NCBI GenBank assembly: GCA_038087875.1
Contig: CM075993.1
Location: 2,854,001 to 2,918,000 of the forward strand
DNA length: 64,000 bases
Direction: 5' to 3'
DNA from: Malacoraja senta
Lineage: Eukaryota
Shown here piece after piece: positions 37,312 to 50,820 of this stretch. The position numbers were made by a program, and so were the translations under genes. How positions within the stretch are numbered: position 1 is the stretch's first letter; every line of letters begins with the position of its first letter. The notes below the pieces were generated by a model, which worked only from the letters and a program-made list of their open reading frames with translations, made no database searches and was not told the DNA's origin.

Positions 37312-38050
37312 GCAGCGCAGCGGTAGAGTTGCTGCCTCACAGCGCCAGAGACCCAGGTTCGATCCTGACTATGGGTGCTGTCTATGCGGCGTTTGCACGT
37401 TCTCCCTGTGACCGCGAGGGTTTTCTCCGAGATCTTCGGGTTCCTTTCCCACACTCCAAAGACGTACAGGTTGCAGATTAATTGGCTTTGGTGTAAATGT
37501 AAAATTGGCCCGAGCGTGTAGGAAGGAACAGCAGATGCTGGTTTAAACCTCCCACATCTCAACATGTTCCCGATGTTGGGGGGAATCCAGAACCAGGGGC
37601 CACACACAGTTTAAGAATAAGGAGTAAGCCATTTTACAACGGAGATGAGGAAACACTTTTTCTCACAGAGAGTTGCGAGTCTGTGGAATTCTCTGCCTCA
37701 GAGGGCGGTGGAGGCAGGTTCTCTGGATGCTTTCAAGAGAGAGCTAGATAGGGCTCTTAAAGATAGCGGAGTCAAGGGGATATGGGAGAAGGCAGGAACG
37801 GGGTACTGATTGGGGATGATCAGCCATGATCACATTGAAGGGCCGAATGGCCTACTCCTGCACCTATTGCCTATTGTCAAAGACGTGCGGGTCAGTAGGT
37901 TAATTGACCCCTCTGTAAATTGCCTTGGGTGTGTCAGGAGTGGATGAGAAAGTGGGATAAGATAGAACCAGTGTGAGTGGGTGATCCCGGTGGTCAGTGT
38001 GGACTCCGTGGGCTGAAGTGGCCGTTTCTATGCTGTATGTCTAAACTAAA
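37312..38050 (+). mobile_element. Cluster: SINE, CR1 3' end (37560-37878), SINE 3' part
   Basis: Consensus matches to other copies in the window. Confidence 0.8.
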
Positions 38051-38452
38051 TATCAGTACGATTTACAAACTTGCCTTGAGTTCAGTATCTGATGATGGAT
38101 AATGGAGATGACACCAGATTCACATCAGCTTTTCCCCGTGCAGTTTTTCATGACAAACGCCGACGTAATGACATTTATTTCACGATATAGATAAACATCA
38201 CTACACAATATATAATTACATACTGATAATGCAATTAGCGATTACACATAGAGATCTCAATCCGCTTTAATGAATCCCCATTGTGAACGGTGAAAACAAG
38301 AAGATTGGACAAAATGTGGCATGATCTTCAGAAGAAGGCAAAGTCTTGACTTGAGACATCGGAGGCAGGAAAGTGGGATTAGAGGCAGAGATCGGCAATG
38401 ATTGAACGGCGGAGTAGACTGGATGGGCCGAATGGCCAAATTCTACTACAAC

Positions 38453-38742
38453 ATAGAAACATAGAAAATAGGTGCAGAGGTAGGCCATTCGGCCCTTCGA
38501 GCCTGCACCGCCATTCAATATGATCATGGCTGATCATCCAACTCAGTATCCCGTACCTGCCTTCTCTCCATACCCCCTGATCCCTTTAGCCACAAGGGCC
38601 ACATCTAACTCCCTCTTAAATATAGCCAATAAACTGGCTCGACTACTTTCTGTGGCAGAGAATTCCACAGATTCACCACCGTGTGAAAAATGATTTTCCC
38701 CATCTCGGTCCTAAAAGACTTCCCCCTTATCCTTAAACATGT
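38453..38742 (-). mobile_element. CR1 3' end
   Basis: Near-identical to 47657-47860. Confidence 0.85.
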
Positions 38743-39239
38743 GAACTTGGGAAATACAAGTTCAGAACGGGGTTCACGGTGCGGCAGCAGTCGAGCCGAA
38801 GGGCCGAATGGCCTCCTCCTGCACCTATTGTCTACTGTCTAAAGATAGACACAAAATGGTGGATCAACTCAATGGGTCAGGCAGTATCATATACGATACG
38901 ATATGATAGAACTTTATTTATCCCAGGAAGGAAATCGATCTGCCAGCAGTCTTATCAAGAGAAGATACATGAAACAGGCAGATGCCTGACCCACAGAGTT
39001 ACTCCAGCAATGGGGGGCTATTTTTGGTATAACCACAACTAAAACACATTGCTGAACAAAACCAAGTGAGATAGATCGACATGCTGAAGATTTGGGAAGT
39101 AAGCGTATGGTTTCTACAATCGGTCTATAAAGGGGTTCTGTCACTTTAAGTTTCCTCTGATGCATTGGTAATCAATTCCTGAATCATCCTGCTCTCATAG
39201 TTCTTCCCACACTGTACTACAAAGCTGGTATGACACTCA

Positions 39240-39732
39240 GCGTGGTGGCGCAGCGGTAGAGTTGCTGCCTCACAGCGCCAGAGACCCGGGTTCGATCCCA
39301 ACTACAGGTGCTGTCTGTACGGAGTTTGTACGTTCTCCCCGTGACCTGCGTGGGTTTTCTCCAGGATCTTCGGTTTCCTCCCACACTCCAAAGACGTACA
39401 GGTTTGTAGGTTAATTGGCTCGGTATAAATGTAAGTTGTCCCTCGTGGGCGCAGTTTAGTTTTGAGTTTCGAGATACAGCGCAGAAACAGATCTCGGAGA
39501 AAATCCACGCAGGTGACGGGGAGAACGTGCAAACTCCGTACAGACAGCACCCGTAGTCGGGATCAAACCGGGGTCTCTGGCCCCGCAAGCGCTGTATGGC
39601 AGCAACTCTACTGCTGTGCCACCGAGTCCGCTCCGTCCAGCGATCCCCGCATATCAACACAATCCTACACTCACTAGTGAGCGATAATCGCGGACTCAGT
39701 GGGCCTATTTCCATGCTGTATCTCTAAACTAA
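39240..39732. mobile_element. Rearranged HE1-like SINE copies in both orientations
   Basis: Plus copy 39240-39450, scrambled minus pieces to ~39680, then a plus tail. Confidence 0.75.
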
Positions 39733-40166
39733 TCAAAAGGAGTCATTCGGGAAGAAAGTCGAATTGCAGCATAGCAATCCCATATTCATCTCAGCAGAGA
39801 TATTGGTGTTTATTCAGGTCCTAATAAATAATGTAAGCCACTCGAGAGTTCGGCTGCTAACAAACATAGCAGGATCCATTATTTAAATCAGCAGCGGACT
39901 TATATTTCACTGCATCCGTAACATAAAGTTTCAGTAATGAGGTGACCTTTGACGGAACACTAACCTAATTGGAGACGAGGTCAGTTCAAGCAAGGTCATT
40001 TCAAATACTGAAGTTGAACTCAACTGTTCTGAGGCTGAATAAGGAGAAGATGGATGGTGTCTGGGCATGGGAGAACGCTGGATCATCACACTGGGTCAGC
40101 ACTGGTTCTGCCAGTTTGTGTGGGGGCCTCTGGCATCAGGAGCATGTGTATGTATGCGCACACGCA

Positions 40167-40460
40167 CACGGTGGTGCTGCGGTAGAGTTGCTGCCTCACA
40201 GCGCCCGAGACCCTGGTTCGATCCCGACCACTGGTGCTGTCTGTACGGAGTTTGCACGTCCTCCCCATGAACTGCGTGGGTCTCCTCCGAGATCTTCGCC
40301 TCCCTCCCGCACTCCAACGCCGCCCAGGTTTGCAGGTTGATTGGCTCGGTGCAAGTGCAGACTGTCCCTGGCGTATGTAGGATAGTGTCAGCGTGAGGGG
40401 ATCGCAGGTCGGCGCGGACTCGGTGGGCCGAAGGGCCTGTGTCCGCGCTGTATCTCTAAA
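40167..40460 (+). mobile_element. HE1-like SINE
   Basis: B box GGTTCGATCCC, core, tail. Confidence 0.85.
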
Positions 40461-40904
40461 ATCTCTGGACCATGGCTGCTGGCCTTGGATGGGTTCTGTC
40501 ACGGCCCTTTGAGTCCAGGACTCTGTGTGGAAAAGATGCGCGGTGTAATGAGATGAGGGGGGGGGGGAGGAGTGGTCCAACAGTTGAACACGCACATGCA
40601 AGGAGTATGAGCACACGTGTCGACACACATGCATACATGATTGAGATACAGAAAGTGAACAAAAGAGTGTTTTTATGATGCAGGCTAGTGTTGATGGTTT
40701 AAGTGTCATTGTTCTTTGTTTATCTGTCTCTGTTCTCATCCTTGAATAGTCCGGCACTCTTCCATGCTGTGGTTGGTAGATGGTTTTACAACAATGCTCC
40801 TTAAGCTGGTGAATGGGTCATCCAAGGGCGAATGGAATTATTTTGGGGTGAATGACTTAATTTATTCAGAAATTTATACATTTCTTTCGATACTTAAAAC
40901 TTGA

Positions 40905-41750
40905 ACGTCCAGGTGCGACAAAGACTACAAAAAGTTGTGACCACTGCCCGGCTCTGACCTCCCCACCGTCGAAGGGACCTATCGCAGTCGCTGCCTCAAA
41001 AAAGGCGGACAACATCATCAAAGGACCCACACACCATCCTGGCCACACACTCATCTCACCACTGCCATCGGGAAGGTGGTACAGCCTGAAATCTGTAACG
41101 TCCAGGTTCAGGAACAGCCACTTCCCCACAGCCATCAGGCTATTAAACACTGCAACGAATAAGCTCGGAGATCTGAACTGCAAAAGACTACATTATTATT
41201 GCACTATATTTATTATTTATTGAATTTTTTTTCTCATCCCCCATTATGTACAAATGTTCACATATTCTGTTGTGTTTGCAGCAGTAAAGGGCCTGTCCCA
41301 GGGGCATGCGACTCCATGCGGCAAGCGCGACCTAACCGCAAGCAGGGGGCCGCGCGGAGGTCGAGTGATCCCCGTACAGGGCCGGTCCCACGGGGCATGC
41401 GACTCCATGCGGCAAGCGCTACCGAATCGGAAGCGGGGGCCGCGCGGAGGTCGAGTGACGTAAAGACGGTGCGTACGGCGGCGAGGCGGCGCGCACGGCC
41501 GTCGATGCGGCTGCGGGCCGGCAGGCCGTGGCCGCGCGGAATTTTTGAACAGTGTCAGTTTTTCGGAGCCCCGCGCGATGTCGGGACCAGCTCCGCACAA
41601 CTCCATACGGCTCCGGCGATCGAAGTGGGACCGGCCCCGTGACCTCCGCACGGTCCCCGCTTGCGGTTAGGTCGCGCTTGCCGCATGGAGTCGCATGCCC
41701 GTGGGACGGGCCCTTAAGAATTTCATTGTCCATCCGGGACATATGACAAT
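40905..41750 (+). mobile_element. Rex1/Babar-like LINE 3' end interrupted by MITE D
   Basis: NIIKGPTHHPGHTLISPLPSGR..VTSRFRNSHFPTAIRLLN, then 3' UTR ending ATGACAAT. Confidence 0.75.
41288..41714. mobile_element. Harbinger-type MITE family D, GC-rich, duplicated left end
   Basis: ~55-bp TIRs AGGGCCTGTCCCA..GCATGCGACTCCATGCGGCAAGCGCGACCTAACCGCAAGC; TAA TSD. Confidence 0.88.
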
Positions 41751-42085
41751 ATGACATGTCATTGCCATTAAAGTGGTTATTGGTTAGTAAAGCTCTTATT
41801 GGTTTTAATGTCAGTGGAGCTGGAAATCTGATTTTGTTTTTTTCTCTCTATCTACAGTTTCTTTCATATTTTTTAGGATCTTCTAAAAGTTGAATAAAAT
41901 AAACATTTACGAAATGAGTTAATTTATGGTTTTTGCTCATGTGACAATATAAATTATAAATAATATTATCCACAAGGGAGAATAAGACGAAAATTACCGA
42001 AAAAAAGACATTCGAAAATTTAGTCGGGGGTGAATTAAGTTTTGTGATAAAGACTCAAGGGGTGAATGACACTGACATAGTTTAA

Positions 42086-42340
42086 AGGGCCTGTCCCACT
42101 TGGCCATTTTTTCGGTGACTGCCGGTATCATTGACCGACGTATCAGGTCACCGAAAAAGTCGTGGCGGTGACGCGGCGTGACGATGTACGACGCGGCGTG
42201 ACGATGTACGACGCGCGGTGTTTCTTCACGTGTCGCAACATTTTTATTGTCGCCGCTGGATTTTGAAATGTTCAACATTTTTTGCCGACCTGATATACGC
42301 CAGCAGTCGCCGAAAAAAATTGCCAAGTGGGACAGGCCCT
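42086..42340. mobile_element. Harbinger-type MITE family B
   Basis: TIR AGGGCCTGTCCCACTTGGC; TAA TSD; homologous to 32322-32548. Confidence 0.88.
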
Positions 42341-42360
42341 TAAGAAGCACTTGTGTACAA

Positions 42361-42493
42361 CACACTGCAATAATACTAGCAAGCCCAACCCAACACTGCA
42401 ATAATACTAGCAAGCCCAACCCAACACTGCAATAATACTAGCAAGCCCAACCCAACACTGCAATAATACTAGCAAACCCAACCCAACACTGCA
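42361..42493. repeat. 31-bp minisatellite, ~4.3 units
   Basis: CCCAACCCAACACTGCAATAATACTAGCAAG repeated. Confidence 0.95.
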
Positions 42494-42914
42494 TTGATTG
42501 AAGAGTCTTAACACAATCTTCACACCAGTTCCCTCTCATAAACGCCCGCTCCTTCCTATTGCTGTAAGTCAATATAAAGTCATTTGTACAAAGTCATGGG
42601 AGGTATAGATTGGGTGAATGCATCCTGCTGTAGAAAGAACTGCAGATGCTGGATAATGGATGGTAGACAAAACTGCTGGAGAAACTCAGCGGGTGAGGCA
42701 GCATCTATGGAGCGAAGGAATGGGTGACGTTTTGGGTCGAAACCCTTCTTCAAACTCAAGAAAAAGGGGTAGGCCATTTAGGACTGAGATGATTTTCACC
42801 TAGTGAATGTGTGGAATTCTCTTCCACAGAAGGCAGTGGAGGCCAATTGACTGGATGTATTCAAGAGAGAGTTAGATATAGCCCTTAGGACACACACACA
42901 GTGTCTTTTTTGTT

Positions 42915-43198
42915 TAATTTAGAGATACAGCGCGGAAACAGGCACTTCAGTCCACCGGGTCCGCACCGACCAGTGATCCCCACACATTAATAGACAATAG
43001 ACACTATCCTACACCCACAACGGACAAGTTTTAGATTTACCAAGCCAATTAACCAACAAACATGTACGTCTTTGGAGGAAACCGAATATCTTGGAGAAAA
43101 CCCCCGGGCAGGTTGCGGGGAGAAGGTACAAACTCCGTACAGGCAGCATCCGTAGTCGGGAACGAACCCTTGGTCTCCGGCGCTGTGAGGCAGCAACT
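42915..43198 (-). mobile_element. HE1-like SINE
   Basis: Reverse complement of consensus. Confidence 0.8.
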
Positions 43199-43904
43199 GT
43201 GACCCTGACTGTCCTTCAATTTGCCGGCAGGCTTTGACAACAAGATGCTATGACCTGCCTTTGAACGTTGCTTCTATCTCACTTTCCCTGCTGAAGCACC
43301 AAAGACATTGTTTAACTTGCCTCTTCTGTTAAACAAAGGCCGTCTCAGACTAAGGTTACCACACAACAGCCACCCTTGCAGTGAACAACCTATTACATGG
43401 CTGTGGACATGGGTGATTAAGTAGCTCATTACCGACCAGCATTTCCATTACCTGGTTCCGATATACTTTCTGCCAAATTTCAAAGCAGGCGTGAGCAGGT
43501 ATGCATGGATGTAGATACATTTGTACATGGCGCTTACATATTTTTAGTGGATCGGGAGAGACTAGTGTAGCATAATTATACCGCTGATGGACAGGGAGTT
43601 ATCTCTACCTTTCTAGCTCTTCCAAAGAGTTGTTGGGTTAATTCTTGGAGTTGTCTCTCGCATGTGACGCCACTGTCCGCTTCACACCGTTGTACAGGAG
43701 TTTCCCCACAGGGCTTAATAAAGGCAAGTTGCTTCACAGAGTGTACACCCACCACTCGCTCCTGCAAGATCCTAAATCCTACGTTTCATCCATTCAATTT
43801 TTAAATAAATAAATACATAATTTAAAGAAAATCACACCACACTTTACATCCAGCGTTCTACATCTTCGAGTGTCCAACTCCCCCATTTCAAGTCAAAAGT
43901 TCAT

Positions 43905-45630
43905 AAATAGTAGGATCAGAATTAGGCCATTCAGCCCATCAAGTCTACTCCACCATTCAATCACAGCTGATCTATCTCTCCCTCCCAACCCCATTCTCCT
44001 GCCTTCTCCCCATAACACCCGACACCCGTACCAATCAAAGATCTATCTATGTTTAAGAAGGAACTGCAGATGCTGGAAAATCGAAAGTAGACAAAAGTGC
44101 TGGAGAAACTCAGCGGGTGCAGCAGCATCTATGGAGCGAAGGAAATAGGCAACGTTTCGGGCCGAAACCCTTCTTCAGACTCTTGTCTACCAAGGATCTA
44201 TCCATCTCTGCCTTAAAAACATCCATTGAATTGGCCTCCACAGCTGTCTGTGGCAAAGAATTCCACAGATTCACCACCCTCCGACTAAAGAAATTCCTCC
44301 TCATCTCCTTCCTAAAGGAACGTCCTTTAATTCTGAGGCTGTGACCTCTGGTCCTAGACTCTCCCACTGGTGGAAACATCCTCTCCACATCCACTCTATC
44401 CAGGCCTTTCATTATTCGGTAAGTTTCAATAAGGTCCTCCCCTCATTCTTCTAAACTCCAGCGAGTACAGGCCAAGTGCTGTCAAACGCTCACCATACGT
44501 TAACCCGCTCATTCTTGGGATCATTCTCGGAAACCGCCTCCGGACCCTCTCCAGAGCCAGTCAAGAGTCAACAGAACTATTGTTATTTTTTTTCTTTTGG
44601 TGTAAAGATAACATTTCTGGAGCGGAATGGAAATAGGACTCGGCCCACAGTGACAATCGTCAACTCATTTACACCACGCCCATTTAATTCTCACCGCGTT
44701 CCCATCAATTCCCTCCCAAACTCTAACACTCACCAACACTCGCCAGGGACAACTTGCAGTCAACATTCATCCCATCCCACTGGGGTGTGAGAGGAAACCG
44801 GAGCACCCGGACGAAACAACTCGATGACTAGGAGAACGTGCAAACTCCGCACAGACAGCACCCGAGGCTGGGATCGAACCCAGGTCCTGGCGCCGTGAGG
44901 CAGCATAGAAACAAAGAAAATAGGTGCAGGAGCAGCCCATTCGGCCCTTCGAGCCAGCACCGCCATTCAATATGATCATGGCTGATCTTCCAAAAATCAG
45001 TACCCCGTTCCTGCTTTCTCCCCACATCCCATGATTCCGTTAGCCCTAAGAGCTAAATCTAATTCTCTCTTGAAAACATCCAGTGAATTGGCCTCCACTG
45101 CCTACTGTGGCAGAGAATTCCACAGATTCACAACTCTCTGGGTGAAAATGTTGTTCCTCATCTCAGTCCTAAATGGCCGACCCCTTATTGAGTCCTAAGA
45201 AGGGTCTCGACCTGAAACGTCACCTATTCCTTCGTTCCATAGATGCTTCCTCACCTGCTGAGTTTCTCCAGCATTTTTCCAGCATCTGCAGTTCTTTCTC
45301 AAACATACCCCTTATTCTTAAACTGTGACCCCTGGTTCTGGACTCCCCTAACATGGGGAACATTTTTCCTGCATCTAGCCCTGTCCAATCCCTCAAGAAT
45401 TTCATGTTTCTATAAGATCCCCTCTCATCTTTCTAAATTCCAGTGAATACAAGCCCAGTCAACCCATTCTTTCATCATATGTCAGTCCTGCCATCCCTGG
45501 AATTAACCTGATGAACCTACGCTGCACTCCCTCAATAGCAAGGATGTCCTTCCTCAAATTAGGAGACCAAAACGGCACACAATACTCCAGGTGCAGTCTC
45601 ACAACTTAAGGAGGACCTCCTAGCTCCTAT
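43905..45630 (-). mobile_element. Two CR1 3' fragments (43905-44560, 44904-45630), each with a PLE insert (44050-44181, ~45190-45305), plus a SINE piece
   Basis: MKGLDRVDVERMFP..SRTRGHSLRIKGR; PLE consensus interrupts the CR1 frame. Confidence 0.8.
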
Positions 45631-46299
45631 ACTAGCATCACCACTGGCTGCTTGCAAACTTCGTCAGATGTCTGCTTGCAAAAAGAAAATGCATCCAGGA
45701 TATATATATATGAGAAGTAATCCAATATTTGCAGCATCACTCAGGATTCTGACAAGATGCTGCTGGCAGTCGACTCCAATATATATTTACACAGGTGTCT
45801 CCACAACCTAATCACACCACACAATGCTGACAGCCATGCACACTTTTTCAATAAAGCAGTAATTTGATTTTTCTAATAACCAGCATCACCTGTGGAAAGC
45901 CAGAGACACCATCGTGTGTTGTTATCAGCGCTGTTATCAGGCAACAGAACCATCCTACCAACAACTAGAGAGCAGTTCTGAGCTACTGTCTACCTCATTG
46001 GACACCCTCGGGCTATCTTTGATCGGATTCTATCTTGCACTAAATATTATTCACGTAATTCGCTTCAACTGTGGACGGCTCGAATGTAAACATGTACTGT
46101 CTTTCCGCTGAATGGTTAGCACGCAACAAAAGCTTTCCACTGTACTTCGGTACATGCGATAATAAACTGAACTGATCTACCTCATTGGAGACCCTCGGCC
46201 TATCTTTGATCGGACTATCATGCACTAAACGTTATCATGTATCTGTACACTGTGGACGGCTCAATTTTAATCATGTATTGTCTTTCCACTGACTGGTAA

Positions 46300-46610
46300 T
46301 AGCCCTGTCCCACGGTGCGAGTTCATTCCAAGAGCTCTCCCGAGTTTAAAAAAAATCAAAACTCGTGGTAAACACGGAGAATGAACGTAGCGGATACGTC
46401 GGAGCTCGGGGACGTCTCTTAGCGCTAACGGCAGGTACTCGGGAAGACTCGCTAACGGCAGGTAAGCACGGGAAGACTCGTGAAGATTTTTCAACACAAT
46501 GAAAAATGTCCACGAGAGCCCCGAGTACCGACGAGCGGCCATTACCGTAAATCTCCGAGTTCGAATCAGGGGAAACTCATGGAATTAACTCGTACCGTGG
46601 GACGGGGTGT
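46300..46610. mobile_element. Harbinger-type MITE family A within a LINE 3' UTR repeat
   Basis: TIR TAGCCCTGTCCCAC / GTGGGACGGGGTGT; flanks TAA and TTA. Confidence 0.85.
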
Positions 46611-46765
46611 TTAGCACGCAACAAAAGCTTTTCACTACAAAAACTTTGGTACACGTGACAATAAACTCAACTCAACGCAAACGGATATCAGTATTGTCTC
46701 GTTCCTTCATAAATCCCGACTTCAAGCATCTCTACTCCTCCATGTCCTATTCTCTCCCAACAAGC

Positions 46766-47062
46766 CGCACGGTGGCGCAGCGGTAGAGTTGCTGCCTTAC
46801 AGCGCCAGAGACCCCGGTTCGATCCCGACTACGGGTGCTTGTCTAAACAGAGTTTGTACGTTCTCCCCGTGACCTGCGTGGGTTTTCTCCGAGATCTTCA
46901 GTTTCCTCCCACACACCAAAGACGTGCAGGATTATCGGTTAATTGGCTTGGTGTAAATGTAAAATTGTCACTAGTGTGTGTAGGATGGTGTTAGTGTGCG
47001 GGGATCGCTGGTCGGTACGGACCCGGTGGGCCGAAGGGCCTGTTACCACGCTGCGTCTCTAG
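46766..47062 (+). mobile_element. HE1-like SINE, full length
   Basis: A and B boxes, core, tail. Confidence 0.88.
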
Positions 47063-47489
47063 ATTACACCAAGCATTGTTTTTCCTCTCCAAGATCTCGG
47101 AGAAAACACATAGGAATAACATAAAACTGTGTGGAGATAGTCGGGATCGAACCCGGGCAGCAACTCTACCGCTGCGCCACCTTTCTATGGAACTCAAACA
47201 CAAGGCCGCAGTTCCTTCAATTAGCTGTGCAGAGGACAAGAAGCAGAGGCTGCTGAACAACCGCAATCTCCGAGTACTCTACTGTTGTCTAGGAAACAAT
47301 CAGTGGTTGGATGGTCGCCAGACCTGTAACTGCACCCACTCATCAGGCTCATATTGAAAGAAAACTCTGGATAATTCACAATCAGTGTGTGTGCCTGGCT
47401 CTCTACTATAAAGCTTAAAATAAAACATCGTTCAGTGTCTGACAGACTGTAACACTTCATTCATTACTCTTATAGCAGAGTTCCTTTTT

Positions 47490-48180
47490 AGAAACATAGA
47501 AAATAGGTGCAGGAATAGGCCATTCAATATGATCATGGCTGATCATCCAACAGTATCCTGTCTGAAGAAGGGTTTCGGCCCGAAACGTTACCTATTTCCT
47601 TCGCTCCATAGATGCTGCTGCACCCGCTGAGTTTCTCCAGCATTTTTGTGTACCTTCAGTATCCCGTACCTGCCTTCTCTCCATACCCCCTGATCCCTTT
47701 AGCCACAAGGGCCACATCTAACTCCCTCTTAAATATAGCCAATGAACTGGCCTCAACTACCTTCTGTGGCAGAGAATTCCACAGATTCACCACTCTCTGT
47801 GTGAAAAATGATTTTCTCATCTCGGTCCTAAAAGACTTCCCTCTTATCCTTAAACTGTGATCCCTTGCTCTGGACTTCCCCAACATCGGGAACAATCTTC
47901 TTGCATCTAGCCTGTACAACCCCTTAAGAATTTTGTACGTTTCTATAAGATCCCCCCTCAATCTTTCTGCTGCATTACTGAGTTTTATCTTCATAAGGGA
48001 TAGGAGCAGAATTAGGCCATTTGGCCCATCAAGCCTACTCCACCATTCAATCATGGCTGATCTATCTCTCCTTCCAAACCCCATTCTCCCCGTAACCCCT
48101 GACACCCGTACTAATCAAGAATCCATCTATCTCTGCCTTAAAAATATCCATTGACTTGGCCTCCACAGCCTTCTGTGGCG
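47490..48180 (-). mobile_element. CR1 3' fragments with a PLE hammerhead insert (47562-47656, plus)
   Basis: RGDLIETYKILKGL..; TSD CAGTATCC(T/C)GT. Confidence 0.85.
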
Positions 48181-48528
48181 CGATATCTTCCTGGAAGGCA
48201 GGATATCAAATCTGGAATTAAGTCCTCTTCCATTGAATAGACACAAAATACCATCAAGAGCTTGGAGTCTCGGGCAGAGACCGTGGATGTCGGGAGCTCC
48301 AACGACACAGAAGGTTCGACAAGCCCCGACCAGGAGTCCGATCGCCAGCGCGTGGGAGCTTGATCGCCCCAATGTGAAGGCCGGCCGCCGGCTACGGGAG
48401 TAAGATCATCCCGTCAACGGAGGGCTTAAGGGGAACTTTTTTTCCGCCTTCCATCACAGGGAGGAACCCTTCAAGAGAGGTCCAACCCATTATAGGGAGT
48501 GACAAATTACATCTTCTATTGAGAAGTT

Positions 48529-48750
48529 AGACACAAATAGCTGGAGTAACTCAGCAGGACAGGCAGCATCTCTGGAGAGAGGGAATGGGTGACGTTTCGG
48601 GTCAAGACCCATCTTCAGACTGAAGAAGGGTCTCGACCAGAAACGTCACCCATTCCTTCTCTCCAGAGATACTGCCTATCCCACTGAGTTTCTCCAGCAT
48701 TTTGTGTCTATCTTGGGTGTAAACCAGCATCTGCAGTTCCTTCCAACACA
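48529..48750. mobile_element. Palindromic PLE element joined at the hammerhead 5' ends
   Basis: Centre TCTTCAGACTGAAGA; same architecture at 51025-51251. Confidence 0.8.
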
Positions 48751-48824
48751 TTACAATTCTCAATTCAGTCAACATAGCAGATAGTAGAAGGCAGAGCAGT
48801 AGACTGCTCAGGATAACTCCAAGT

Positions 48825-49145
48825 TATAGAGTCATACAGCGTGGAAACAGGCCCTTCGGCCCAACCTGCCCACACTGGCCAACATGTCCCAGCTATACTA
48901 GTTCCACCTGCCTGCATTTGGTCCATATCCCTCCAAGCTTGTTCCACCCATGTACCTGTCTAACTGCTTCTGAAACGTTGGGATAGTCCCAGCCTCAACT
49001 ACCTCCTCTGGCAGCTTGTCCCATACACCCACCACCCTTTGTGTGAAAAAGTCACCCCTCAGATTCCTATTAAATCTTCTCCCCTTCACCTCAAGCCTAT
49101 GTCCTCTGGCCCTCGACCCACCTACTCTGGGCAAGAGACTCTGGG
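48825..49145 (-). mobile_element. CR1 3' end (second subfamily)
   Basis: SRARGHRLEVKGRRFNRNLRGDFFTQRVVGVWDKLP. Confidence 0.85.
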
Positions 49146-49839
49146 CATCGCAGTTGGACTACAAAGAGCTTAGCATTTACTTCAGATGAAAAGACACCGG
49201 TGAATGAGTCAAAGATAAAGGCCAGCTTGGGTAAATGCACGTGCCACAACTACTGCCTGTTTAAACTTTACCACGCTCATTTCAGATCAATTTTATTTTC
49301 TCCCCTGAAAAGAAATGCCAGGAAAGACAAGTGATGGTATCACGTCCTTCTTTACAATACTCCAGCGAAGGCTTACAAGATGACAACGAATCTTAAAATA
49401 ACCAGTTAAATGGAGTCCCCAGAGTCGTTCAGAAAAAGAAAAAGCTTTTTTTTTTTTTTAATAAGGTGCCCGGCCATTCTATACACCGCATCCAATTAGA
49501 ATCCAATGGATGGCCACCAATTAAATGTAGAGATGGGAACCCAGGAGAAGGTGCACTAATTGGAATAGTTTCCAGAGAATAAACTGTGAGGCCTTGTTTG
49601 TTGTCCACATTTCTTGCAATAATTAGCTGATCCAAAGGGAAACAAAAACAGGCAGTAACTGTGATAAACAGAGGCCTGCAACACGCTCAAGAGAAAATTC
49701 TAATTCCATCAGATGATTTTTTATTTACCTGCGCATGGTGTGTGGTGATGTAGGCAGGGACGGGCGGCGACCCAGGATTTTGGTATGTACAAAATCTTCG
49801 CGTGACGCGCAAATGACGCCCAAGTGGGACAGGCCCTTT

Positions 49840-49995
49840 TCTACGGGACGGAGGTGGAACGCGTTTCCAGCTTCAGGTTCCTTGGGGTCAACATCTCCGA
49901 TGACCTCTCTTGGACCCACAATACCTCAACTCTGGTCAAGAAGGCTCACCAGCGTCTCTTCTTCCTGAGGAGACTAAAGAAGGTCCATCTGTCCC
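49840..49995 (+). pseudogene. Rex1/Babar-like RT C-terminal fragment
   Basis: GTEVERVSSFRFLGVNISDDLSWTHNTSTLVKKAHQRLFFLRRLKK. Confidence 0.8.
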
Positions 49996-50539
49996 CCTCA
50001 GGCCCTTTTCTATACTCGCTCACACCCAGCACACAGCTAACAATGGCTCATGTGTTCTATATCTCTCCCCATCACCATCTATATCCCTCATTTCCCTTTC
50101 CCCTGACCCATAACCTGAAGGAGGGTCTCGACCCGAAACATCATCTATTCCCTTTCCCCAGAGATGCTGCCTGACCCGTTGAGCTACCCCGGCTATTTGC
50201 GTCGATTATCTTCTGAAGCAGGTGAAAGGCGGCCGAGGGAAGAGATGGTCCCAGAACCCGAGCAAGCAGGAAGGACCATTGTTGTAAACTAGATCACTGC
50301 AGAGCGAGTCGAGGGCCGATTATTCCACATTGGGACAGAATATTCCCAAGGTCCCAGATCCTCGCTCCTCACATGCCTAGTCATATGGATGACGGCCAAC
50401 AGACCCATCAGCATAAACAAACATCATCAGCATACACAAGCTAAGCAGAGATCAACACAGTTTTCTCAAGATTACTGTGGCTTGAAGTTGGAATAAAATA
50501 TTAATGGCATCATTTCCAGCAACAGGACTGAAGATGGGA

Positions 50540-50820
50540 GCCACGGTGGCGCAGCGGTAGAGTTGCTGCCTTACAGCGAATGTAGTGGCGGAGACCCGGG
50601 TTCGATCCCGACTACGGGCGCTGTCTGTACGGAGTTTGTACCTTCTCCCCGTGACTAACGTGGGTTGTCTCCGAGATTTTCGGATTCCTCCCACATTCCA
50701 AAGACGTACAGGTTTGTAGGTTGATTGGCTCGGTACAAGTGTAAATCGTCCCTAGTGTGTGTTGGGTAGTGTTAGTGTGCGGGGATCGCTGGTTGGTGTG
50801 GACATGGTCGGCACGGACTC
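50540..50820 (+). mobile_element. HE1-like SINE
   Basis: A and B boxes, core. Confidence 0.85.

Noticed and set aside
40086..40757. 223-aa minus-strand ORF
   Set aside because: About half is antisense SINE; chance open frame
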